A stretch of DNA of 64,000 nt. It comes from a virus. Under the pieces are notes generated by a model. The model ran no database searches. It worked only from the letters and a program-made list of their open reading frames with translations, and was not told the DNA's origin. Each line of letters starts with the position of its first letter. Position 1 is the stretch's first letter. Made by a program: the position numbers and the translations under genes. Positions 16,801 through 24,460 of this stretch are shown here, in pieces. The stretch is from the IMG/VR virus record IMGVR_UViG_3300045988_159115. One strand, 5' to 3'.

Positions 16801-17030
16801 ACATCCTTACGGTCAGTACCCATGAGATCATAAATGACGAGATCCTGAATCTCCTCTACAGACTTATCTTCAGGAATAGCAGCGATCTCATCTGCGATAT
16901 TATTCGCAATTTTGGTGGAAGAATCGGATAGTGAACCATCGACCTCAATAAATGCCCGCTGAATTGCGGATACAATTTTTGATCTGTCGAACTCCACTAC
17001 CCGGTTATCACGTTTCTTCACAGATTTCAT
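13826..17030 (-). CDS. nrdD: nrdD exon 1: anaerobic ribonucleoside-triphosphate reductase (contains an intein)
   Basis: N-terminal ATP-cone (KRDNRVVEFDRSKIVSAIQRAF); YPCMG|...|CRSFL loop; C-terminal Zn ribbon CMNCG...CPNCG; ends RRTCG at the splice site. The annotated ORF instead runs on to a stop at 13809 inside the intron. Confidence 0.9.
14742..15863 (-). mobile_element. intein with LAGLIDADG homing-endonuclease domain (374 aa) inside NrdD
   Basis: Starts CAVGDEVV after YPCMG; TxxH block (VTPDHPF); two dodecapeptide motifs (WLLGILICDSS, FLCGMIDADGY); ends IYSHN|C, followed by the extein RSFL. Confidence 0.85.
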
Positions 17031-17145
17031 TTTAGGACCATTTCCTTTCTTATAGGTTTTCTCATTTCGAAACCTTCGGTTAGCTTACTGTCGCCTAACT
17101 ATTGGATCTCAATGGTTTTTCCGATGTTTCAAATCAGCAAAATTT

Positions 17146-17160
17146 GACCTGAAAACAATA
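17146..17160 (+). promoter_or_regulatory. class I promoter-like motif GACCTGAAAACAATA
   Basis: 37 nt upstream of the ATG at 17198. Confidence 0.45.
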
Positions 17161-17197
17161 TCCTAATTATCCAAAAAATGAGAGGAGAAAGTAGTTT

Positions 17198-17410
17198 ATG
17201 AGCGTATCAAGTATGATGACTCTGAAGATGAAGATCGAAGAGTTGCGTGCACTGGAAGGCGTTCTTGGCGCTGGTGGAGTAACCACTGAGAGTTACTCTG
17301 GTAAAGTGGTCAAGAGCCTCGACGAGATTTATAAGATTCTTCAGGAGCACGATACGACAATCACCGCAATTAAGACTGCTCTTGGCTCCATCGGAATCAC
17401 AATCCCCTGA
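17198..17410 (+). CDS. small hypothetical coiled-coil protein
   Basis: 70-aa ORF; GAGAGGAGAAAG SD. Confidence 0.6.
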   Translation: MSVSSMMTLKMKIEELRALEGVLGAGGVTTESYSGKVVKSLDEIYKILQEHDTTITAIKTALGSIGITIP

Positions 17411-17417
17411 GAAAAAT

Positions 17418-17471
17418 ATAAACCAAAAGTATACGAATATAATGAATCTATAGACGATACTTTTGGTTTAT
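17418..17471 (+). terminator. 15-bp hairpin terminator candidate
   Basis: ATAAACCAAAAGTAT / ATACTTTTGGTTTAT directly after the stop at 17410. Confidence 0.55.
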
Positions 17472-17593
17472 TAGTGCCCTGGTAACACTTTGATAGCTTT
17501 TAGACCCTCCAAAATAAATAGAGTGTGTCATTAATCAAAGCGTTTCCCTAGACTTTTGCGACCCCATTGAAATTCTTAGGAGGGATTCTCAGT

Positions 17594-19369
17594 ATGGCAA
17601 GCAAGGCAACAGCAGAGAAAAAAGAACGCAAAGTTGAATATGTCAAAGTCAACGGCGTTGAGATGCGGAAAATAAAGATTAAGATGAATATGGAAGTTTT
17701 AAATTCCATTATTTCTCTTATCTATACCCCAAGTGCATTAAGAACTCGAAAAGTTCTTGATAATACATATAAGCTGTTCAATATGATTGATTTCAGGGTC
17801 TATGAAAAAAGTGATGAGTTGATGGCGCGCGTAAAACTCATTCACTATACCCTTGAAGCAAGATTTGAACGTGGAATCAGTGGACTCACAATGATCAAGC
17901 AATACGTTGCTGATCAGAACCAAGAGAACGATAATAATCCGCTGATTCCAGAAATTTTGGACAATATTCCAAAAAATATGGAGCCGCTTGATTATGAGGA
18001 TACAAAGTATCTGATTAAAAGTATTCAAGACCGTGTCCGTTATGGCTATATCGTTAATTTAAAGGAAGAGTATGATAGAATTATTGGCAGTATGACTTTT
18101 GAGAATGCAGATAGCTCTGCTTATCAAAAGAATTGCGAGCTTCTCTATGAAGTCGCTAGTAATATTGTCAATATGAAGCGCAAGACTGAAGCTCTTGATT
18201 CGAGCAATCAGACTTTCTCGCTGGATCAGGATACATTCAATAATGTCATCATTGATTCAGTGAGAAAACTTCAGGATAAGAACCGAGTGTTTAAAACTGG
18301 CATTCGGTTCTTAAATAATATCCTTGCACCAGGTTACCAGAGCAAGCGTCTTTATTGCTACTTGGCATTGCCTGGTGGTGGTAAAAGTTTGATGCTTCTG
18401 AAATCCGCTTTGGATATTAAGAAGTATAACCCGGATATTAAGCCAAAAAATCCTGGTAAGATTCCCTGTGTATTGCTGATTACGATGGAGAACGATATTG
18501 ATGAGACCGTGGAACGTATCTTCAATATGAGAGTTACCAATCGTGATATCCGTAATTACAAACCGCAGGAAGTTGCAGACCTGCTTCGTAATGAAGGTGG
18601 ACTTACATTGACCGATGAGAATAATATTGATATCGTCATTAAGTACTACCCGAACCGAAGCATTGATACAAATGATCTTCGCACGATTATCCAAGATGAA
18701 TTCGACGATGGTCGTGAGGTCATTACTTTAATCCTGGACTACTTAAAGAGAATTAGACCTGCTGAAAAAGCAGATAGTGAAAAAGAAGAGCTCAAGAATA
18801 TTACCAATGAGCTAAAGACCTTAGCAAAGGAACTTGATATTGCTGTCATTACTGCACAGCAGTTGAATCGTGCAGCAGCTTCTGTCGTTGATGCTGCTCT
18901 CCAATGCAATAAACAGGATGTTACAAAACTGGTTGGTCGTGATGGTATTGCTGGCGCTTGGGAAATCCAAGAGAACTGTGATATGACCATCATTATCAAT
19001 AAAGAAATGAAAGCAGATTCTGGTCGTAATTATATGACCTTTAAGATGCTGAAGCGTCGTTACCGTTGTAATAGTGAAGAAAAAGATCCTCGTTACGGAA
19101 TCCCGGTCCGTGATATTGATTACTTCTCACATCCGTATGATGATAATGACAACGCACTGATTGACGACATCAATATGCCTCAGGCAATCAGTGTTATTTC
19201 GCTCATGTCGTCGTTTGACGATATGCAAAGTGCAGGCGGTGCACGAACTGTCATTGATAGACCCAAAGTAAAATCAAAAAAGAAAAATTCTGAAATGGGT
19301 CAGCTCGATGATGGTAGTGGATTTGACCTTTTCAATGAAGATTCTAATGGAGACATTGGAGACTTCTAA
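17594..19369 (+). CDS. DnaB-family replicative DNA helicase
   Basis: Walker A LALPGGGKSLMLL; Walker B-like VITLILDYL; ITAQQLNRAA (DnaB H3-like motif); start ATG 17594 after TAGGAGGG. Confidence 0.75.
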   Translation: MASKATAEKKERKVEYVKVNGVEMRKIKIKMNMEVLNSIISLIYTPSALRTRKVLDNTYKLFNMIDFRVYEKSDELMARVKLIHYTLEARFERGISGLTMIKQYVADQNQENDNNPLIPEILDNIPKNMEPLDYEDTKYLIKSIQDRVRYGYIVNLKEEYDRIIGSMTFENADSSAYQKNCELLYEVASNIVNMKRKTEALDSSNQTFSLDQDTFNNVIIDSVRKLQDKNRVFKTGIRFLNNILAPGYQSKRLYCYLALPGGGKSLMLLKSALDIKKYNPDIKPKNPGKIPCVLLITMENDIDETVERIFNMRVTNRDIRNYKPQEVADLLRNEGGLTLTDENNIDIVIKYYPNRSIDTNDLRTIIQDEFDDGREVITLILDYLKRIRPAEKADSEKEELKNITNELKTLAKELDIAVITAQQLNRAAASVVDAALQCNKQDVTKLVGRDGIAGAWEIQENCDMTIIINKEMKADSGRNYMTFKMLKRRYRCNSEEKDPRYGIPVRDIDYFSHPYDDNDNALIDDINMPQAISVISLMSSFDDMQSAGGARTVIDRPKVKSKKKNSEMGQLDDGSGFDLFNEDSNGDIGDF

Positions 19370-19402
19370 TTAAATTTAGCCATGCTATCCCACAGAGTAG
19401 AT

Positions 19403-19417
19403 GCCCTTGAAACAAGA
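19403..19417 (+). promoter_or_regulatory. weak variant of class I motif (GCCCTTGAAACAAGA)
   Basis: 37 nt upstream of the ATG at 19454; it has three A's rather than four. Confidence 0.3.
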
Positions 19418-19453
19418 CTATAAGCTTCAAGACATGAAAGGAGTTGAGATAGC

Positions 19454-19861
19454 ATGGCTAAATCTAAGTTAACGAAGCTCGTTACAGTTTCCAGTCTTGG
19501 CCAGTTCTGGGAGCTCGGCGGTGTCAGCGGCCCCATCAGCAATGTAATGCGGATGAGTGTTGATGACATCTATATTCTTCTGATCCACAACCGTATTGTG
19601 TGGGCACATAATCCGGAGAACCTGAAGCAGAAGAAGCGCCTGACTCTGAAGAACTATCGGATCAAGGATATCTTTGCCCCCGATGCAGATGAGCCGAAGG
19701 GTGATCTTGTTATGGGCATCGAAGGTATGCCGGACGATGATGAGATTAACGATAACGATATGATCTATGTCGATATCGGTAAGACCCTGAAGAAGGATGG
19801 CGTCGTCCAGCCTCATGCAATGAGTCTTTCAGACGAAGAGCCTGTCGAAATCTCCGTATAA
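19454..19861 (+). CDS. hypothetical protein, ELGG(V/I)SGPIS family (paralogue of 21657..22031)
   Basis: 135 aa; shares TKLV.V...G...ELGGxSGPIS....v......i......vV.e.NP......K.RLT..N with 21657..22031; acidic C-terminal half. Confidence 0.7.
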   Translation: MAKSKLTKLVTVSSLGQFWELGGVSGPISNVMRMSVDDIYILLIHNRIVWAHNPENLKQKKRLTLKNYRIKDIFAPDADEPKGDLVMGIEGMPDDDEINDNDMIYVDIGKTLKKDGVVQPHAMSLSDEEPVEISV

Positions 19862-19865
19862 ATAC

Positions 19866-19912
19866 AAAAAAGACAACGTGAATTCCGTGTTTGGTCTTCA
19901 CGTTGTCTTTTT
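19866..19912. terminator. bidirectional terminator
   Basis: AAAAAGACAACGTGAA / TTCACGTTGTCTTTTT between convergent genes. Confidence 0.8.
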
Positions 19913-19913
19913 A

Positions 19914-20780
19914 TCATTTCAGATCATAGAGCATCTTACCGAGATTGGAATCGTTGAAGAGAAGCTTCATATACGAGAATGCCAGAGATCCCATCATCAG
20001 ATCGACATTCTCGTCGTACCTAACCCGCGGATAGTTGCTGGTTACTTTCGGATCAGACATAAGATATGCCTGGAAGATCGGATCGAGGCCATATACCGAA
20101 GCCGATGCATAGATATATTGGCCCAATGTCTCCAAAGTACTCTGCGTACTTGCCTTATACTTCCATTCATATCCAGAAAGATCCATCGTAACGTGCTTGC
20201 AATTCTTCGCATTCGTGCAAAGCATATAAGCAACTCGTACCATCGTTTCCAAACTTGTTTCGGGGCTTGCTTTACTGAGGTACACCTTCAATCCTGCAAT
20301 GGACTGAGATACTACCTCGACTCTCTCTTCTTTCTTTTTCTTCGGAATCCGATCGTTGAGAAGAATCGACAGAAGAGCAAAGTAATATGCATCTGCATTG
20401 AAGTTGGACTTCTTATTGATGCAAGCGTTTGCCATATCAACGAGATGCCCATAAATGTAGTCTGCATATTGCTCATTGCTCTTCATGTCATCGTCATCAA
20501 CGTCCGTATACATCTTAGGAGCTTCCAGTATCTTTTCAAAATTCTTTGCTACCCACGAAACGATATAGGTAGTAAACCGAACCTTAAATTCTCTGGAAGT
20601 CGGTGCAACGGATTCATCCGTCCAAATCACAGATTTCGATTTCCGTAAAGCTGCCCCAAGCTTTTCAGGATCGTAAATCCTCTTTCGGACGACCATGGGA
20701 TCTACACCATTGAGTTTCACAATCATGTCGATTGCATAGTTGGTGTATCTCTTATGGAGTTTTTCTAAGTTATCTGCCAT
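19914..20780 (-). CDS. hypothetical protein
   Basis: ORF 19914..20837; preferred start is the ATG at 20780 (MADNLEKL...) with an AAGGAGAG SD. Confidence 0.65.
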   Translation of the reverse strand: MADNLEKLHKRYTNYAIDMIVKLNGVDPMVVRKRIYDPEKLGAALRKSKSVIWTDESVAPTSREFKVRFTTYIVSWVAKNFEKILEAPKMYTDVDDDDMKSNEQYADYIYGHLVDMANACINKKSNFNADAYYFALLSILLNDRIPKKKKEERVEVVSQSIAGLKVYLSKASPETSLETMVRVAYMLCTNAKNCKHVTMDLSGYEWKYKASTQSTLETLGQYIYASASVYGLDPIFQAYLMSDPKVTSNYPRVRYDENVDLMMGSLAFSYMKLLFNDSNLGKMLYDLK

Positions 20781-20824
20781 AAATTCATCACTCTCCTTTA
20801 TTGCTTTAACCTTTAACTCATAAG

Positions 20825-20840
20825 TATAATATATCATTAT
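20825..20840 (-). promoter_or_regulatory. exact 16-mer TATAATATATCATTAT, copy 2 of 3
   Basis: 45 nt upstream of the ATG at 20780 and just downstream of terminator 20860-20917. Confidence 0.45.
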
Positions 20841-20859
20841 AAACTTAAAGGTTGTGTAA

Positions 20860-20917
20860 CAAAAAAGAAAGCTAAAGGATTTTTGTTGGGCCGCGTTTAC
20901 TTTATCCTTTAGCTTTC
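20860..20917 (-). terminator. rho-independent terminator after gene 20925..21110
   Basis: GAAAGCTAAAGGAT / ATCCTTTAGCTTTC followed on the - strand by TTTTTTG. Confidence 0.75.
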
Positions 20918-20924
20918 AAGTATT

Positions 20925-21110
20925 TTATCTGCTATTTCTCATAGCAGATGGATCGCTAGGTGTTTGATCTTTCTTAACGGCGAAGGTTTCAAAAGACCAT
21001 TCATCACCTGTTGGTAACGGTAACTCCGCACCATTTGAGCGATCTATCACAAAGCCTCCTTTCATATGATAATATGCGAATGCTGCCAATTCGTTTCTGA
21101 AAATTTTCAT
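20925..21110 (-). CDS. small hypothetical protein (61 aa)
   Basis: Preferred start is the ATG at 21110 (MKIFRNEL...) after AAAGGAAG; the longer 92-aa form has no SD. Confidence 0.55.
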   Translation of the reverse strand: MKIFRNELAAFAYYHMKGGFVIDRSNGAELPLPTGDEWSFETFAVKKDQTPSDPSAMRNSR

Positions 21111-21162
21111 AGAATCTTCCTTTCTATGTAAAATTCCCATCATCCTAACTAGCATTCGAATA

Positions 21163-21178
21163 TATAATATATCATTAT
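21163..21178 (-). promoter_or_regulatory. exact 16-mer TATAATATATCATTAT, copy 3 of 3
   Basis: 53 nt upstream of the ATG at 21110; the flanking CGAATATATAATATAT is shared with 58561-58576. Confidence 0.45.
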
Positions 21179-21200
21179 GAAAGGAGGCTTCCTTATTAGG

Positions 21201-21215
21201 CACTCTAAAAACAAT
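21201..21215 (+). promoter_or_regulatory. class I-like motif CACTCTAAAAACAAT
   Basis: Upstream of gene 21289 (+); close to CACCTAAAAACAATT at 44715-44729. Confidence 0.4.
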
Positions 21216-21288
21216 AGCTTAATCTAACGAGTATTATGTCCAAGACATAAATCGTTCATACTAATATTATGAAAGGACTGGACTAACC

Positions 21289-21639
21289 ATGTTTGAAGCA
21301 TTTAAGTCTGTGCGTAAAGAACGTGCTGAGATTGAGCGTGATCGCCTTTATCTCGAGTCTATGGCTGCTGATGATATGATTGAAAACTACATGAACCTGA
21401 TTCCTGGGTCCATGATGGAAGATGTCGACGTCAGCGATGCAGAGATTGAAGCTCTGATCGACAAGATTCCTGATTCTGACAACGTCGATCAGGAGGTTGA
21501 GGATATTCTGAAGTCCAAGAAGAATATTTCCATCGACGATCTCATCGGTATCACAAATGGCCGTGAGGAAGACAGCGAAGGCCTGATGGCTGCTGCCGAC
21601 CATGACGATGACGACGATGATGATGAGGATGACGACTAA
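21289..21639 (+). CDS. highly acidic protein with poly-Asp tail
   Basis: 116 aa, very D/E-rich, C-terminus DHDDDDDDDEDDD. Confidence 0.7.
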   Translation: MFEAFKSVRKERAEIERDRLYLESMAADDMIENYMNLIPGSMMEDVDVSDAEIEALIDKIPDSDNVDQEVEDILKSKKNISIDDLIGITNGREEDSEGLMAAADHDDDDDDDEDDD

Positions 21640-21656
21640 GAAAGGTCGATAAGTAT

Positions 21657-22031
21657 ATGAACACGAACGTTAAGAGAGCAAACACGAAACTCGTTGTGAT
21701 CGGTACCACAGGTCCTATCCCTGAACTGGGTGGAATCAGTGGCCCTATTTCAAGCCCGAGCCGTGTCGAAGTTTCAACCCTTATTCGCATGGTGAATGCT
21801 CGCCGTGTTGTGTACGAGGTTAATCCGAAGGACTATGACCAGAAGGTTCGCCTGACTGTGTCAAACGTTGCTCGTGATAACTTCGTAGAAGATCTGGATG
21901 AAGAGATTCATTCCGCAAAGTCTCCTCTGAATTCTGTCACTCGGACAAAAAAGAAGGAAGATAAGTCTTCCGTCTTCGATCCAGACGATATCGACGTCGA
22001 GCTCACTGGTGATTTTACCAAGATCAAATGA
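21657..22031 (+). CDS. hypothetical protein, ELGG(V/I)SGPIS family (paralogue of 19454..19861)
   Basis: 124 aa; conserved N-terminal block shared with 19454..19861. Confidence 0.7.
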   Translation: MNTNVKRANTKLVVIGTTGPIPELGGISGPISSPSRVEVSTLIRMVNARRVVYEVNPKDYDQKVRLTVSNVARDNFVEDLDEEIHSAKSPLNSVTRTKKKEDKSSVFDPDDIDVELTGDFTKIK

Positions 22032-22036
22032 AAAAA

Positions 22037-22081
22037 ATAAGCTACATATGAGATTCTTTTCGAATTCCATATGTAGCTTAT
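22037..22081. terminator. bidirectional terminator
   Basis: 14-bp stem ATAAGCTACATATG / CATATGTAGCTTAT with an A-run before it and a T-rich stretch after it. Confidence 0.8.
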
Positions 22082-22109
22082 TTCATTTATCACTGATTCT
22101 TTTTAATTT

Positions 22110-22151
22110 CTAATCATCGTCAGCGATAGTGGTTTCTTCTGTTTCCATCAT
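22110..22151 (-). CDS. candidate 13-codon micro-ORF (MMETEETTIADDD)
   Basis: AAAGGAGG SD 7 nt upstream of the ATG; AT-rich box upstream (22174-22193); terminator downstream. Too short to assess coding potential. Confidence 0.25.
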   Translation of the reverse strand: MMETEETTIADDD

Positions 22152-22173
22152 ATAGTCCTCCTTTCTTTTCTTC

Positions 22174-22193
22174 AGATATATAATATCTAAATA
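22174..22193 (-). promoter_or_regulatory. AT-rich class II-like box (plus strand AGATATATAATATCTAAATA)
   Basis: Upstream of the micro-ORF at 22151. Confidence 0.3.
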
Positions 22194-22219
22194 AAAATGG
22201 AGGATATACGGATTTTCAT

Positions 22220-23767
22220 TTATGATGCAGATTTCGGAGCATCCTTTGTCAATACATAGAATGTCTGAATAGCTTCAAGGTCAATGACACGGCAATTCGA
22301 ACCGTTCGGATTCAAAGCAAAGTTCTTGCTATTGATAACCTTCTCACACTCAGCATTGGCTTCTTGAGTCCAGAAAATCTTCGAAGTAATCTGGTCACCA
22401 TCGTAGTCGCCGTCAAGGCCAGCCAGATATGCATCTGAGAACTTGGTTGTATCAATAAAGTTGTTTGCAACCTCTTCTCTTGGCATATTCAGATCAATGA
22501 CAGGATACCATTTATACACGGTATCGTTTACCTTCATAGGAACGGTATGAAGTGTGGAAGAAACATTGATTTTCGCCACAAACATACCAAAACTATTCAG
22601 AACCGGATAGCGTGTAATCATACAATGCTTATCCTTTGTCACTTCAACGCATGCCATATAAAGAAGATCACACCATGTCATATAACGATGGACAAGGGAT
22701 TTATCAGCAGGCTGATTTACCATGATGCCGTCGAAATACAGAGGAAGATCCTTTCCTTCTACAGTAGGAACTGTAATCAAGTCAAATCGACTGGAAGGAT
22801 CTTTTGCAAACTGATTCAGGCGCTTCTTGATATATTCATCATTGAACGTAGCTTCCGGATCTTTCAGAGTATAATTCGAGTTTACACCAGTCTTATTATT
22901 CTGAACTTCCAAAATTTCACGCTCAATGAAGTTTCTCACCCATGCAACAACGAAAGGATACGCTTCAACGATGACCTGGGACATCGGAAGAGCGGCATGT
23001 CTAAAATCGACAATGTTGTCTTTCGGATCATCACAGTTGTAAAGAGGAGCAGAGATAACGGTACGGACACAATAGTCAACGTTTTTACCAAGCAGGTATT
23101 TACGAAGCATACCGTTTTTCTTATCCAGACTATTCTTAAAATAGTCATAGACTTCCACAAGAGTATTCTGAATAGATGCATTCGTTGAATGGAAGGAGAA
23201 ATCAAACATATCAGCATCTTGTAGAAGCGCACTCATACGAATCAGTCGAGCATAAAGTGTATTCAGCTCAGATGATTCACCGCCACCGCCTTTATTGGAC
23301 TTAATGTCTCGATAAAAAGCAGGGATGACGATTGCTTTTGTCGTAAAGATTTCATTCTTCTTCGTTTTACCAATAAGGTCACAACGCTCTGAAGACATGC
23401 CACCGTTGCCTTCCCATTTTAACTTACTCCAATTATTATAGATAAACTCGATTCCGGTATTACCATTCGGATCTTTTACGAGCTTTCCATCTTTAATGGA
23501 GAAAGTCTGACTACCATCAACGATCTGATCAATGTTACGAAATACTCGTTTCAAGATCTTGTAGATATGAGGATGGAAGAAATGCCCGTGAAGGTCAATG
23601 TATGCAAATGTCTCTTTACGACTCTTAACAGAGACGCCAAAAATTTCATTTGAAATCAATCCATTTGGATTCGGAATACCGCCACGCTCAAACAAAATAG
23701 GAGACGTGACTGGTTGTAAATTATTGATCTTCACAAATTCATCGACGTCAAATAGATCAATTTTCAT
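22220..23767 (-). CDS. phage RNA polymerase beta-prime-like subunit, N-terminal half (catalytic DxDGD)
   Basis: AGLDGDYDGDQIT parallels the universal NADFDGDQM Mg-binding motif; FAYIDLHGHFFHPHIYKIL parallels MGHIELAAPVAHIWF. Confidence 0.8.
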   Translation of the reverse strand: MKIDLFDVDEFVKINNLQPVTSPILFERGGIPNPNGLISNEIFGVSVKSRKETFAYIDLHGHFFHPHIYKILKRVFRNIDQIVDGSQTFSIKDGKLVKDPNGNTGIEFIYNNWSKLKWEGNGGMSSERCDLIGKTKKNEIFTTKAIVIPAFYRDIKSNKGGGGESSELNTLYARLIRMSALLQDADMFDFSFHSTNASIQNTLVEVYDYFKNSLDKKNGMLRKYLLGKNVDYCVRTVISAPLYNCDDPKDNIVDFRHAALPMSQVIVEAYPFVVAWVRNFIEREILEVQNNKTGVNSNYTLKDPEATFNDEYIKKRLNQFAKDPSSRFDLITVPTVEGKDLPLYFDGIMVNQPADKSLVHRYMTWCDLLYMACVEVTKDKHCMITRYPVLNSFGMFVAKINVSSTLHTVPMKVNDTVYKWYPVIDLNMPREEVANNFIDTTKFSDAYLAGLDGDYDGDQITSKIFWTQEANAECEKVINSKNFALNPNGSNCRVIDLEAIQTFYVLTKDAPKSAS

Positions 23768-23813
23768 TTTGTACCATCAGTCCTTTCTCATAGAATATAG
23801 TGTCAAATTACGG

Positions 23814-23828
23814 TACTGTTTTCTGGAC
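23814..23828 (-). promoter_or_regulatory. class I promoter-like motif GTCCAGAAAACAGTA
   Basis: 46 nt upstream of the ATG at 23767 and immediately downstream of a terminator. Confidence 0.5.
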
Positions 23829-23877
23829 TAAAATAAGAGAGCCAAGTATAGCTATGATTTCTATACTTGGCTCTCTT
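23829..23877 (-). terminator. rho-independent terminator after gene 23890..24219
   Basis: 17-bp stem AAGAGAGCCAAGTATAG / CTATACTTGGCTCTCTT followed on the - strand by ATTTTAG. Confidence 0.75.
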
Positions 23878-23889
23878 TGCGCGCTGTTA

Positions 23890-24219
23890 TTAGTATTCGT
23901 CAGCCTCTATCGTGATTGATATGTAATTTGAGTCAATGGATGTGATTACAGTAATATCTCCATAATCATGTGATTCAAGATTCTTATCAATCATTGAAAG
24001 CAACTTACGTGCAGCCTTTTTGTCACTCATCTCAATCTTTACGTAAAGAGAAGAATCATCATCGTAATCGGATGTAATATCTTCGATGAGATCAAATTGG
24101 CTTTTGATCAAGCGATATAAAAAGAGAATCTTTTTATACTGATACTGCAGTAAGCATTCTAGACCTTCTAATGATTCACAGCTGAGAGTGTTGACGAGTA
24201 CGTCTAAAGTTTGTGTCAT
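23890..24219 (-). CDS. hypothetical protein
   Basis: 109-aa ORF; TAGGAG SD. Confidence 0.65.
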   Translation of the reverse strand: MTQTLDVLVNTLSCESLEGLECLLQYQYKKILFLYRLIKSQFDLIEDITSDYDDDSSLYVKIEMSDKKAARKLLSMIDKNLESHDYGDITVITSIDSNYISITIEADEY

Positions 24220-24284
24220 CTTATTTCAAAACTCCTATTTACTGATAAAGTGATTTTCATCGTAATAGGAACTAATGTGTGTGA

Positions 24285-24413
24285 TTATTTAGAAGACCGC
24301 ATCTCACGATTACGACGCTCTGCTTCTTTTTCTGACTCTTCTCGCTCTTTGATAAGTTGATCTACTCTGGCGTCTCTCAAAGCAATCATATCCTTGTATG
24401 TCATATTTCTCAT
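24285..24413 (-). CDS. possible small charged coiled-coil ORF (42 aa from the ATG)
   Basis: MRNMTYKDMIALRDARVDQLIKEREESEKEAERRNREMRSSK fills the gap between two genes. There is no good SD and the frame stays open upstream (possible TTG start at 24431). Confidence 0.3.
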   Translation of the reverse strand: MRNMTYKDMIALRDARVDQLIKEREESEKEAERRNREMRSSK

Positions 24414-24460
24414 GATATCGTTGAAGGACAATTCGCCCTTGAAGAGAGTAAGAACTTCGC

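Noticed and set aside
13809-17030. nrdD as a C-terminally truncated pseudogene, since the ORF stops inside the glycyl-radical motif
   Set aside because: The missing C-terminal tail is encoded 311 nt downstream. The junction is in frame, and the intervening sequence has group I P1/P10/omega-G features. An intron explains the break better than decay does.
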